A stretch of 64,000 bases of DNA from an uncultured Candidatus Poseidoniales archaeon (GCA_964576865.1 CAZNVK010000008.1:570-64569), one strand, 5' to 3'; counted from the stretch's first letter, positions 49,253 through 56,745 are shown. Program-made: numbers and translations. Notes: a model not told the origin generated them from the sequence alone.

Positions 49253-51370
49253 TCAATCGCGTCGCGATGCCATCGCAGCGCCTAGCATACCAAGGGCTGC
49301 GATGAGGGAACCGAATCCTGGCAACATTGGGTTCTGAGCCTTGGATTCGCTAGTGTATTCATCCGCCCAAGTATCGTAGAAATCGAAATCCCATGCCTCG
49401 TCTCCAGCAGCAGTGATGGTCATCACATCGCCGGCCGAAATCATCCCGTCGCCATCATTGTCATCGTAGACGAATGTGGCCCAGGAATCCGCACCGATAC
49501 TCATCGTCGTCTCACTGGTCGAGAGGACTGCCGAGGCAAGGACATCACAATCGCTTGGAAGCGGGTCGTCTTCCTCACCCATATCGTCATATTGCGGAGG
49601 AGCATCGCTGCAATCGATCGCTCGGAACTCGAAGTCTGAGATTGGCGCGTTGAATATCTGTGAAGTGTTCACCGTGGCAAAGTACGTCTCTGGCTCGGGC
49701 GCCGGTTCCTCGATTGTCGGATTGAGGAAAGCGATGAAGAGATGATCGCCAACGAGTTCGTAGCGGATGTACTCGGTCTCACCGTCAGGCCAAGTGATGA
49801 CCTGCATCGTGTCATCCATCTCCATCGAAATTGGAACTGGATCCCCGCAGATCGACTCGTCCGCATCCCAGACCAATCCATTCATCTCGCAATCCGATTC
49901 GGACATGAAGGCGAATTGGACATGGAAGGTGTCCTCGCTCACTGTGACGAGTTGAGGTGTGCCATCTTCCCTCACCACTGCCCAACGAATATTCGCTGCA
50001 TCGAAAACCGGCTCACCCTCGCCGATTTCAGGTGGCAAATCGTCCACACCGACGACTTCGCCGCACCATTCGGGGAAGTCGGGGTGAGCCGATACCCCTG
50101 CGTCTATCGTTTCGTTCTCGAAATCATCTAGAGACGAGGCGAGTACATTGACCAAGCCACAGCCCCAGAAATGGTTCATCGTCCACTCTTCTTCATCCGA
50201 GTCATCCTCATCGAGGTGGGCGGTGCCATTAGCTGAGTTCTCATGGTCTGGTGATTGGCCGAAATCGTCGGTACAGTACCAAGTCTCGTCTTCTGAGTCC
50301 AATTCGCAGTAGAACCACCATTCATCCCACTCTTCGTCGGATTCGTTAATCTTGCACCACCAGCGAATATCGTCGCCTCCGCTGACGGCCTCCTCGTAGC
50401 CTTCCCACTCACAGTGTCCGTACTCAGACCAGTCGACACCATCGCCATCGCCCTCGTCATCCCAATCATCCCAATCACCCTCGCCTTCGGATTCATCCTC
50501 CAACCAATCGATCGGCAGGGCGGTTCGTGGTAGGGTTTCGTCAATGGTGATGACGATTGCGTCCCCCCACATCGCAGTGTATTCTGCGTACATATCTGTG
50601 GTATCGTTCGTCCCTTCTTGGGTGAATGAAATCAATTCCTCGTCCTCGGCGAGCGTGATGGTGAGCTTGATTGTCAGATTCGCCTCAGAGTCAAAGTAAT
50701 CCAATTCTAGAACGTGGTTATTCTCCTTTGAATCCCAAGATATGCTGGGTTCAACACCTGCGGGGATATCTCCGAATCCTTCCATCTCTTCGATTCCCAC
50801 CTCATCGACCCCTCCACTTGCCGATTGGTCGAATGAATGCACCAGTTGCATGACATCGGGGTCGTTATCCCTAGTCTGTGTCGATGTCGATTCACTGGTT
50901 CCGGTCATCATCAATGAAAGAGTTTGATCGACATTGACGACCTCTCCTATCTGTGTTAGAGAGTAGTCGATTGATATGTAGGGTGCCATATCCATTTTCA
51001 TGCGTAGATATGCGGATGAATTGGCGAGATCTACCTTGACCGTACGCTGCACGGTACTCTCAACGGTCATGCCGCCCTCCTCGACCGTCATCTCGACATG
51101 ATAGGAGAACCCGGCCTTGGGAGACTTCTCCAACATAGCATCGATGTCCATTGACTCCTCCATCTCATCGAGGAAGGTCTGCATCGATACAAGGTAGATA
51201 CAGTCGCCAAGCGCCTCGGCAGTGGCATTTTCTTCGTAGTTCGCTGCATTCTCATCCATGCAGCCGAGGAGATCGTCAACGAGGTCCTCGATTTCCTCAC
51301 CGGAAAGACATCCTGTGAGTGGGGTCGCGACCAGAATCAGGCTTGCAAGCAGAGCGAATGCTCGGTTCAT
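49253..51370 (-). CDS. Very acidic cell-surface lipoprotein with PGF-CTERM sorting signal
   Basis: Lipobox LTGC. Asp/Glu/Trp-rich body. C-terminus MLPGFGSLIAALGMLGAAMASRRD (49256-49327) is a canonical PGF-CTERM archaeosortase-A signal. Confidence 0.7.
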   Translation of the reverse strand: MNRAFALLASLILVATPLTGCLSGEEIEDLVDDLLGCMDENAANYEENATAEALGDCIYLVSMQTFLDEMEESMDIDAMLEKSPKAGFSYHVEMTVEEGGMTVESTVQRTVKVDLANSSAYLRMKMDMAPYISIDYSLTQIGEVVNVDQTLSLMMTGTSESTSTQTRDNDPDVMQLVHSFDQSASGGVDEVGIEEMEGFGDIPAGVEPSISWDSKENNHVLELDYFDSEANLTIKLTITLAEDEELISFTQEGTNDTTDMYAEYTAMWGDAIVITIDETLPRTALPIDWLEDESEGEGDWDDWDDEGDGDGVDWSEYGHCEWEGYEEAVSGGDDIRWWCKINESDEEWDEWWFYCELDSEDETWYCTDDFGQSPDHENSANGTAHLDEDDSDEEEWTMNHFWGCGLVNVLASSLDDFENETIDAGVSAHPDFPEWCGEVVGVDDLPPEIGEGEPVFDAANIRWAVVREDGTPQLVTVSEDTFHVQFAFMSESDCEMNGLVWDADESICGDPVPISMEMDDTMQVITWPDGETEYIRYELVGDHLFIAFLNPTIEEPAPEPETYFATVNTSQIFNAPISDFEFRAIDCSDAPPQYDDMGEEDDPLPSDCDVLASAVLSTSETTMSIGADSWATFVYDDNDGDGMISAGDVMTITAAGDEAWDFDFYDTWADEYTSESKAQNPMLPGFGSLIAALGMLGAAMASRRD

Positions 51371-51464
51371 CGGCCGTCAATGCTCGAGCACCCGTCTTGA
51401 ATCTGATGCCGGCACTGACCAGATGAGAATTACAGATTAGGCGTTAATCGAATGTGGTTTGAAC

Positions 51465-52718
51465 TCAGTCTGTGAATCTGAAATCACCTGACATATCGGA
51501 CCACATCAGAGCTGTCAGAGCATTCAGTCCGGTCTGCATTCCAAGTTCGAATTGATCTCGCCCCCCGGCCAATTGGTAGAGGATATCGACTCGGTCGGTG
51601 GGCGCATGTTTTGGTGACTGTTCACAGGTATCATCTTCCTCCTGAATGAATTCGTGCATCCCGCGCATCCAAGTCGCTGGCCATCCGCGCGAGATGAAAT
51701 TGTAATGATCTGAATTCCCTTTGGTGTCGTCGAGCACCACCACCCACTCATGTGGATACTGGAGCTCGTCGTAGAGGACGCCATCCAACCACCTCCAAAG
51801 CTCGTCGGCATCCTCCCTCATCTCATCCGTCACATTCGTTCCGCGATCCTCGTAATATGACCAGTCATCGAGGGGCGAAGTGAATAGATAGAGGTGGAAG
51901 TATTCCTCGTCACAGCCGCTTAGTTGGCTGATTGGTTGAGTTTGAACCGGCCAGTTCAATCCATACATATCGAGGTTGATGTAAGTTGCAATTTCAACAC
52001 CCTCTGGAAGATTTTCAACGAAGGTCTCACTGCCATATCCTGCACCTTCAGGTGAACCTTGGCCCTGCCATTCCTCGTAATCCCAAGTGGCGAATTTCCA
52101 AGTGTGCTTTGGCTTCAAATCAATCCCTTGTTCATCAAAATAAATTTGCCATTCCTTGACCAGACGAGCGAGTTCCAACACCGAAGCAACACCGGTGGCA
52201 TCATCGTAAGCACCCTCTGAAGTACAACCGGGATACTCGATTCCGACGATAATCTGTTGCGAATAACAAATCGCATCGTAATGGCCTCCAACAACAATCC
52301 AGGAATTCGGGTCCTCACCCTCTAGAGTCGCGATGTAATTTCGACAGTCTTCGCACAATTGTGTAGTGAATTCCTGAATCTCGACCTCATATCCAAGATC
52401 CTCAAATCTGAATTGAATGAAATCACCAGCATTTGCGTGAGCGGTCGTGTCGATTTTTCTGTAGCCGAAATCGGCCAGAGTTTCGATATCATCGACAACA
52501 ATGCTCGCATTTGCCCATGTAATTGGCGGGTTATTTTCCAATTCTTCGTCAAGACTTCGCTCTGCTTGAGATAAGACCCATTCACCGAATAGAATGCCAG
52601 CCCCGATTGTGGCTGAGACGAGGATCACGACGATGGTTGTCGCGATGATTGCAACCTTGTGACGGTACTCGAGTTTGAATCCCGAACCCTCATCCTCCAC
52701 GACTATCGTGTTAGGCAT
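51465..52718 (-). CDS. M28-family metallo-aminopeptidase, membrane-anchored
   Basis: N-terminal TM. VGGHYDA, GAYDDATGVASVLELAR and EEWQGQGS metal-ligand blocks. ATG at 52718; alternative TTG at 52751. Confidence 0.8.
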   Translation of the reverse strand: MPNTIVVEDEGSGFKLEYRHKVAIIATTIVVILVSATIGAGILFGEWVLSQAERSLDEELENNPPITWANASIVVDDIETLADFGYRKIDTTAHANAGDFIQFRFEDLGYEVEIQEFTTQLCEDCRNYIATLEGEDPNSWIVVGGHYDAICYSQQIIVGIEYPGCTSEGAYDDATGVASVLELARLVKEWQIYFDEQGIDLKPKHTWKFATWDYEEWQGQGSPEGAGYGSETFVENLPEGVEIATYINLDMYGLNWPVQTQPISQLSGCDEEYFHLYLFTSPLDDWSYYEDRGTNVTDEMREDADELWRWLDGVLYDELQYPHEWVVVLDDTKGNSDHYNFISRGWPATWMRGMHEFIQEEDDTCEQSPKHAPTDRVDILYQLAGGRDQFELGMQTGLNALTALMWSDMSGDFRFTD

Positions 52719-52751
52719 TGCGCGAGAAGGCTTCTTTCTTTTGGCGGCCAA

Positions 52752-52953
52752 GGTGCATGGGACAGGGCTTCCTGTTCGGAACTTCCCTCCCTACGGTCAG
52801 TCCAGTTCCGACCTATCGCTGAATCAGAGATTCAGCTCGGTTCAAGTTTCCCTCGCTGGCGCTCAGTCCAACTTGAACCCGCCGCGCGAACGGCCGCTTC
52901 GCTTGACATCAATCAGTTCGCGCTAGGGTTCGAATCCTGTCCGCAACTGCACC
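52752..52953 (-). ncRNA. Structured noncoding element E1 (about 202 nt), function unknown
   Basis: Ends pair (GGTGCAGTTGCGGACAGG / CCTGTCCCATGCACC). Internal perfect stems:
- 52839-52848 / 52870-52879 (10 bp)
- 52818-52825 / 52829-52836 (8 bp)
- 52777-52783 / 52804-52810 (7 bp)
- 52884-52891 / 52916-52923 (8 bp)
No ORF. Strand inferred from neighbouring genes. Confidence 0.3.
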
Positions 52954-52985
52954 GCTTGAAATTGATTAATGGTGCAGGGGACAGG
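52927..52985. repeat. Copy 1 of a 59-nt repeat derived from the tRNA-Leu(CAG) 3' end and its trailer
   Basis: 58/59 identical to 53058-53116, offset 131 bp. Contains an inverted tRNA 3'-end copy, a 17-nt spacer, and the last 16 nt of the tRNA including the CCA complement. Confidence 0.9.
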
Positions 52986-53084
52986 TGATTGAAAACCACC
53001 GCTTCCCGCCTTTGGCGGTCCAGCGCCGACCTTCCGCCGAATCGAAGATTCGGCTCAGGTTCGAATCCTGTCCGCACCTGCACC
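52971..53084 (-). ncRNA. Structured noncoding element E2 (about 114 nt), function unknown
   Basis: Ends pair as 8 bp + 3-nt TGC bulge + 7 bp (GGTGCAGG-TGC-GGACAGG / CCTGTCCCCTGCACC). Internal hairpins at 53036-53054 (7 bp) and 53006-53018 (5 bp). The hairpin GGTGG-TTTTCAA-TCACC has a G-U pair only when read on the minus strand. Confidence 0.3.
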
Positions 53085-53116
53085 GCTTGAAATTGATTAA
53101 TGGTGCAGGGGACAGG
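53058..53116. repeat. Copy 2 of the 59-nt repeat (overlaps the real tRNA-Leu(CAG) 3' end)
   Basis: See copy 1. 53056-53084 is also an inverted repeat of 53102-53127 with a 3-nt GCA/TGC insertion. Confidence 0.9.
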
Positions 53117-53185
53117 ATTCGAACCTGCGAAGCACTACGCACAGCGACCTGAACGCTGCCCCTTTGACCGCTCGGGAACCCCTGC
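53101..53185 (-). tRNA. tRNA-Leu (anticodon CAG), CCA encoded
   Basis: Minus strand reads GCAGGGGTTCCCGAGCGGTCAAAGGGGCAGCGTTCAGGTCGCTGTGCGTAGTGCTTCGCAGGTTCGAATCCTGTCCCCTGCACCA. 7-bp acceptor, anticodon loop TTCAGGT, long variable arm, and GGTTCGAATCC T-arm. Confidence 0.9.
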
Positions 53186-53248
53186 TTGGGTTCCCGTCGA
53201 ACCACCCTCCATATTTCATCGTGGCGAAGGCAAATTCATCGCACTCAA

Positions 53249-53291
53249 GCGCGACAGTTCAGATTCAAGGAGGGATGGTGTAGGAGGTAGG
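53249..53291. repeat. Partial duplicate of the tRNA-Leu(TAG) 3' end plus trailer
   Basis: 39/43 identical to 53479-53521, offset 230 bp. Ends at the same tRNA position as the family-A partial copy and is followed by the same 9-mer TGATTGAAA (53292-53300). Confidence 0.85.
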
Positions 53292-53463
53292 TGATTGAAA
53301 GCTTAGTTCACCCAGCCCCACGAGATATGGAATCGATAGGATGGTTTGAGTACTACCTGCGAAGGTTTGAGAAGAAACCGTTTGAAATGCACTCCGCAGA
53401 ATCTGATTTTCAGTCCAAGCGAGATTGAATTCAATCAGCCGCTCGCGGCTCTGGAGTAGCGAA

Positions 53464-53485
53464 GTCGCGCTCTCGAGAGCGCGAC
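53464..53485 (-). terminator. Perfect 22-nt palindrome GTCGCGCTCTCGAGAGCGCGAC in the tRNA-Leu(TAG) trailer
   Basis: Begins 21 nt after the tRNA 3' end. 9-bp stem with a 4-nt loop. Could act in termination or processing. Only its distal half is kept in the duplicated copy at 53249. Confidence 0.35.
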
Positions 53486-53505
53486 AGCTCAGATTCAAGG
53501 AGTTA

Positions 53506-53590
53506 TGGTGCAGGAGGTAGGATTCGAACCTACGAAGCACTACGCACTGGGACCTAAACCCAGCCCCTTTGACCGCTCGGGTACCCCTGC
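53506..53590 (-). tRNA. tRNA-Leu (anticodon TAG), CCA encoded
   Basis: Minus strand reads GCAGGGGTACCCGAGCGGTCAAAGGGGCTGGGTTTAGGTCCCAGTGCGTAGTGCTTCGTAGGTTCGAATCCTACCTCCTGCACCA. Anticodon loop TTTAGGT and a long variable arm. Confidence 0.9.
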
Positions 53591-53694
53591 TTGACCCCCG
53601 TGCGCCGCGACCACATCAAGAATCCAACGGATGGTGGTTCTTGCCCCATAGGGTCTTAACATGAGCATTCAGCGAAGTCATTCCGGGGGAGCAC

Positions 53695-54705
53695 ATGTCA
53701 CGTATCGGCGTTCTCGGTTTGGGCAATTGGGGAACGGCCCTTTCCAAGGTGTGGTGCGAGGATGGCCACAATGTGCTTGGGTGGACGATCGAACAGGAAG
53801 TCTACGAGTCGCTAATGACCTCAAATATCAACGAGAAGTACCTTCCTGGTGATGAGATTCCAGACCTCGACGTTACGATGGAAATGTCAGATCTCACCGA
53901 TGCCTGTGAGATACTGATACTGGCTTTGCCGAGTGGCGTAATCCTCTCCGTGGTCAACGACCTGATCCCCCTGCTTCGCCCCTCCCATGTTCTGCTAGAC
54001 CTTGCTAAAGGATTGGCGCCGACAGCCGAGAGCGAGTCGGGGATGATTTCACAGGAGATCGAGGATAGGCTGGCGGCTGCCGGGAAGTCGAATCCTGTGG
54101 TGGTTCTGACCGGCCCGACGATCGCGCCGGAGGTCGCGCGCGGCGTGATGACTACAGCGGTCGTCGCCTGTCATGACAGATCGGTCGCCAATCGGATTGC
54201 TGAGAGATTGTCGACCGAGACTTTGGTGTTGACTGCGACCGATGATATCGATGGGGCTGAATTGTGGGGTGCGTACAAGAATACGGTCGCCCTTGCCTGT
54301 GGGCTGGTCGATGGCCTGCGCGGCAGTATCGGCGGTGATAATCTCAAGGCCGCGCTCGTGCTTGCTGGATTTTCTGAGGGAATAAAATTGCTGGAGGCGA
54401 TGGGGGCTGAGGCCTCGACGGCTTTTGGGCCGGCGGGGATCGGCGATCTGTACGTGACGGCGACCAGCCCGAGTTCGCGGAATCGGACTCTGGGTGAGAA
54501 ATTAGGTTCGGGCAAGTCGCTCGAAGAATCGCTCGGGGAGATGCACATGGTCGCTGAAGGCGTTCGAGCGAACCGAATGTTCCTGAATCGCGCGCGTCGG
54601 TTGGGACTCGAGGTTCCTTTCCAGCGCGCGCTGGGCGACCTGCTGTCAGGAGATGCTGAGGTCGGCGATGCTGTTCGAAGCATGGTCGAGGCTTACGAGT
54701 CCTGA
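53695..54705 (+). CDS. gpsA: NAD(P)H-dependent sn-glycerol-3-phosphate dehydrogenase (bacterial type)
   Basis: IGVLGLGNWGTAL dinucleotide fold, LAKG, GPTIAPEVA, KN(T)VALACG and RNRTLGEKLG blocks. Confidence 0.9.
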   Translation: MSRIGVLGLGNWGTALSKVWCEDGHNVLGWTIEQEVYESLMTSNINEKYLPGDEIPDLDVTMEMSDLTDACEILILALPSGVILSVVNDLIPLLRPSHVLLDLAKGLAPTAESESGMISQEIEDRLAAAGKSNPVVVLTGPTIAPEVARGVMTTAVVACHDRSVANRIAERLSTETLVLTATDDIDGAELWGAYKNTVALACGLVDGLRGSIGGDNLKAALVLAGFSEGIKLLEAMGAEASTAFGPAGIGDLYVTATSPSSRNRTLGEKLGSGKSLEESLGEMHMVAEGVRANRMFLNRARRLGLEVPFQRALGDLLSGDAEVGDAVRSMVEAYES

Positions 54706-54776
54706 TCCGGGGCTGCAAACCCCGTTAGTGCGCGGAATGTTTGATTGCCGCGAGCCGGCGATGAGGAGCGAGGGAG

Positions 54777-55004
54777 ATGGCCGCGGCGGAATTGACCGAG
54801 TTTGAGACGCGGCTCCTGAAGTGGCTCGCTGCATCGGATTTCGAAGAGGTACCATGGTCAACCAAGCGAGCCGCTGAGGCCTTCAAGGTCAACGAAAAGG
54901 ATGTCTACGAGGCTTTGGCCGCCTTGACAGCCAAGGTCCCGCATAATATCCAGATTTACTACGAAGACGATGCGATTCGCATCGTCGCCGACGACGCCCT
55001 CTGA
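54777..55004 (+). CDS. Small acidic hypothetical protein
   Basis: 75-aa ORF with GAGGAG 9 nt upstream of the ATG and good GC3 bias. No recognisable motif. Confidence 0.45.
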   Translation: MAAAELTEFETRLLKWLAASDFEEVPWSTKRAAEAFKVNEKDVYEALAALTAKVPHNIQIYYEDDAIRIVADDAL

Positions 55005-55019
55005 AGCAAGGTGGACACC

Positions 55020-55961
55020 TCAATTCAAGTCGACTTGGCCCGGGTCCACCTTGACCGGATCTCGACTTACCAGAATATCTCGCCAGCGCGGCCGGCGCAG
55101 GTCGTTGACCTCGTCTATGAATCCTCGACGCACGTGCAGAGAAATCTGATCGATGACGACGACAACGACGAACATCACGATGATCAAAGCGAGGACTTTG
55201 TCATAGAGTTGGAATGGTGAGAGGTAGTGATTCATGTACCAACCGATACCACCCGCACCGACCAGTCCGATGACAGACCCGTGACGAACATTGTACTCGA
55301 ACATGAAAAGCATCTGACTGAGCAGGGCGTTACTCGCTTCCGGGATGGCGAAGAAGCGCGCCACCTGCCAGCGCGGCAGACCCATGGCGCGCGCTACTTC
55401 GAGGGGCTCCTTGCTGACACCCTCCAGCGCCTCGTATTGCAGTTTCCCGAGGTAACCGACGGTGTACATGGTCATGGCAAGAACACCCGCGAGCGGCCCG
55501 ATGCCGACGATGATGACGAAGATCAATGCCCAGATGAGAGAGGGGAGGACTCGCATTGCTGCAAGGATTTGTCGTGTGGTCTGAGACAACCAATAAGGCG
55601 AGAGATTGGAGGCTGCCATCGCCGCCAGTGGCAATGAGATAATCATGCCAAAGACCGTAGCGAGAATTGCGATTTCGATGGTCTGAGTCATGCCGACGAC
55701 GGCTGGTGAACAGAGGAAATCAGATTCGAAGGTGCATGGTGGATGGGTCCAGCCGGCGCGCTCTGTCAGTACGCTAAAATCGGGAGGAAGAGCTTCTGCG
55801 CCGAGGATGAGGAGATTGCTCCAACCATCGACCAATTTCCAAAATGTAATCTGTAGATGGTTGGTGATTAGCAGAGTGATGATTCCGATGATGACGCCGG
55901 CACGTAGCACGGGCCGGCGTGCGAGAAGTCGTAGACTGCTCGTAAGACGTGACTCAGTCAA
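55020..55961 (-). CDS. ABC importer permease, PhnE-like
   Basis: 313 aa, about 6 TM, with EAA-like loop EALEGVSKEPLEVARAMGLPRWQ. TTG start 6 nt after GGGAGGA. Confidence 0.85.
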   Translation of the reverse strand: MTESRLTSSLRLLARRPVLRAGVIIGIITLLITNHLQITFWKLVDGWSNLLILGAEALPPDFSVLTERAGWTHPPCTFESDFLCSPAVVGMTQTIEIAILATVFGMIISLPLAAMAASNLSPYWLSQTTRQILAAMRVLPSLIWALIFVIIVGIGPLAGVLAMTMYTVGYLGKLQYEALEGVSKEPLEVARAMGLPRWQVARFFAIPEASNALLSQMLFMFEYNVRHGSVIGLVGAGGIGWYMNHYLSPFQLYDKVLALIIVMFVVVVVIDQISLHVRRGFIDEVNDLRRPRWRDILVSRDPVKVDPGQVDLN

Positions 55962-55977
55962 AGTGAATCCTCCCGAC

Positions 55978-56745
55978 TCACGAAGACGCCTCCTCGATCA
56001 GAGGTAGGCTAGGCCTCGCTTCCTCATCCTCCTCAAATGGAATGAGTCGGCGCCCACGCAACTGCAGGACGCGGTCACAAAACGTACGGGCGCGCACTGG
56101 ATTATGGTCGACGAGCAGAATCGCCATCCTATGGTCGTCGGCCATATGTCGGAACAACTCGATGATACCGCGGGCGGTCTCTGCATCGAGTTCACCAAGG
56201 CACTCGTCTGCCAGCAGAAGATCCGGTTCCTGCAACATCGCGCGCGCGATTGCAACGCGTCTCTGCTGCCCCCCCGATAAGCGATTCACGGATTCGAGAG
56301 TCTTGTCGGTCAATCCGACCTCATCGATGACCTCGCGAGTCTCATCTCGCATCTTCTTGCTAGGCAGAGATAGTGCGGTCTGTAGGAAACTCGCCTCTGT
56401 CAATGCCCCCATCAAGACGTTGTATCCAACGGTCTGATGCTGAACCAGCCCCAGCCTCTGTGGTATCAGACCGATGGCACCTTTCTCGGCTCGTGTCGTG
56501 GAGGTGCTACAGCACTCGACCGAACCGGAAAGGGGCTTGACGAGCCCAGCTGCAGTGCGCAGCAGGGTAGTCTTACCGATACCAGAACGGCCGGTCAGTC
56601 CTACGATTTCACCGGCCCGAACCTCGAGATTCAATCCCTCGATCAAAGGCGACTCGTTATCGAAGCCAATGGCCGCATCGGTCATGCGGAGACGGACGGG
56701 GTTCGGATCTTCCACCGACACCCCGCCCGTCCTCTCCATGCTCAC
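55978..56745 (-). CDS. ABC importer ATP-binding protein, PhnC-like
   Basis: Walker A GRSGIGKTT, signature SGGQQRRVAIAR, and Walker B LLLADE. GTGA overlap with the binding-protein stop. Confidence 0.9.
   Translation of the reverse strand: MSMERTGGVSVEDPNPVRLRMTDAAIGFDNESPLIEGLNLEVRAGEIVGLTGRSGIGKTTLLRTAAGLVKPLSGSVECCSTSTTRAEKGAIGLIPQRLGLVQHQTVGYNVLMGALTEASFLQTALSLPSKKMRDETREVIDEVGLTDKTLESVNRLSGGQQRRVAIARAMLQEPDLLLADECLGELDAETARGIIELFRHMADDHRMAILLVDHNPVRARTFCDRVLQLRGRRLIPFEEDEEARPSLPLIEEASS

Noticed and set aside
52927-53084. Plus-strand tRNA genes suggested by two GGTTCGAATCC T-loop-like sequences (52927 and 53058)
   Set aside because: I could not build a cloverleaf. The T-stem 5' strand is not conserved between copies, no matching acceptor 5' strand exists, the anticodon-like hairpin has C at position 33, and the variable region is too short. 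They are better explained as inverted copies of the minus-strand tRNA-Leu 3' end.
52752-53084. 5S rRNA, SRP (7S) RNA or RNase P RNA as the identity of E1/E2
   Set aside because: The sizes are superficially compatible, but the conserved cores I know are absent. These are the 5S loop C/E region CCGAAC...GAAGUUAAGC, the SRP helix-8 GGAA-tetraloop/AGCA motif, and the RNase P CR-I GAGGAAAGUCC. This was judged by eye only.
52752-53521. CRISPR array
   Set aside because: There are only two copies per repeat family. The repeats contain tRNA-derived sequence, the spacers are of unequal size, and no cas genes are in the window.
53265-53540. 91-aa minus-strand ORF
   Set aside because: It runs through tRNA-Leu(TAG) and the tRNA-derived repeats, so it cannot be a real CDS.
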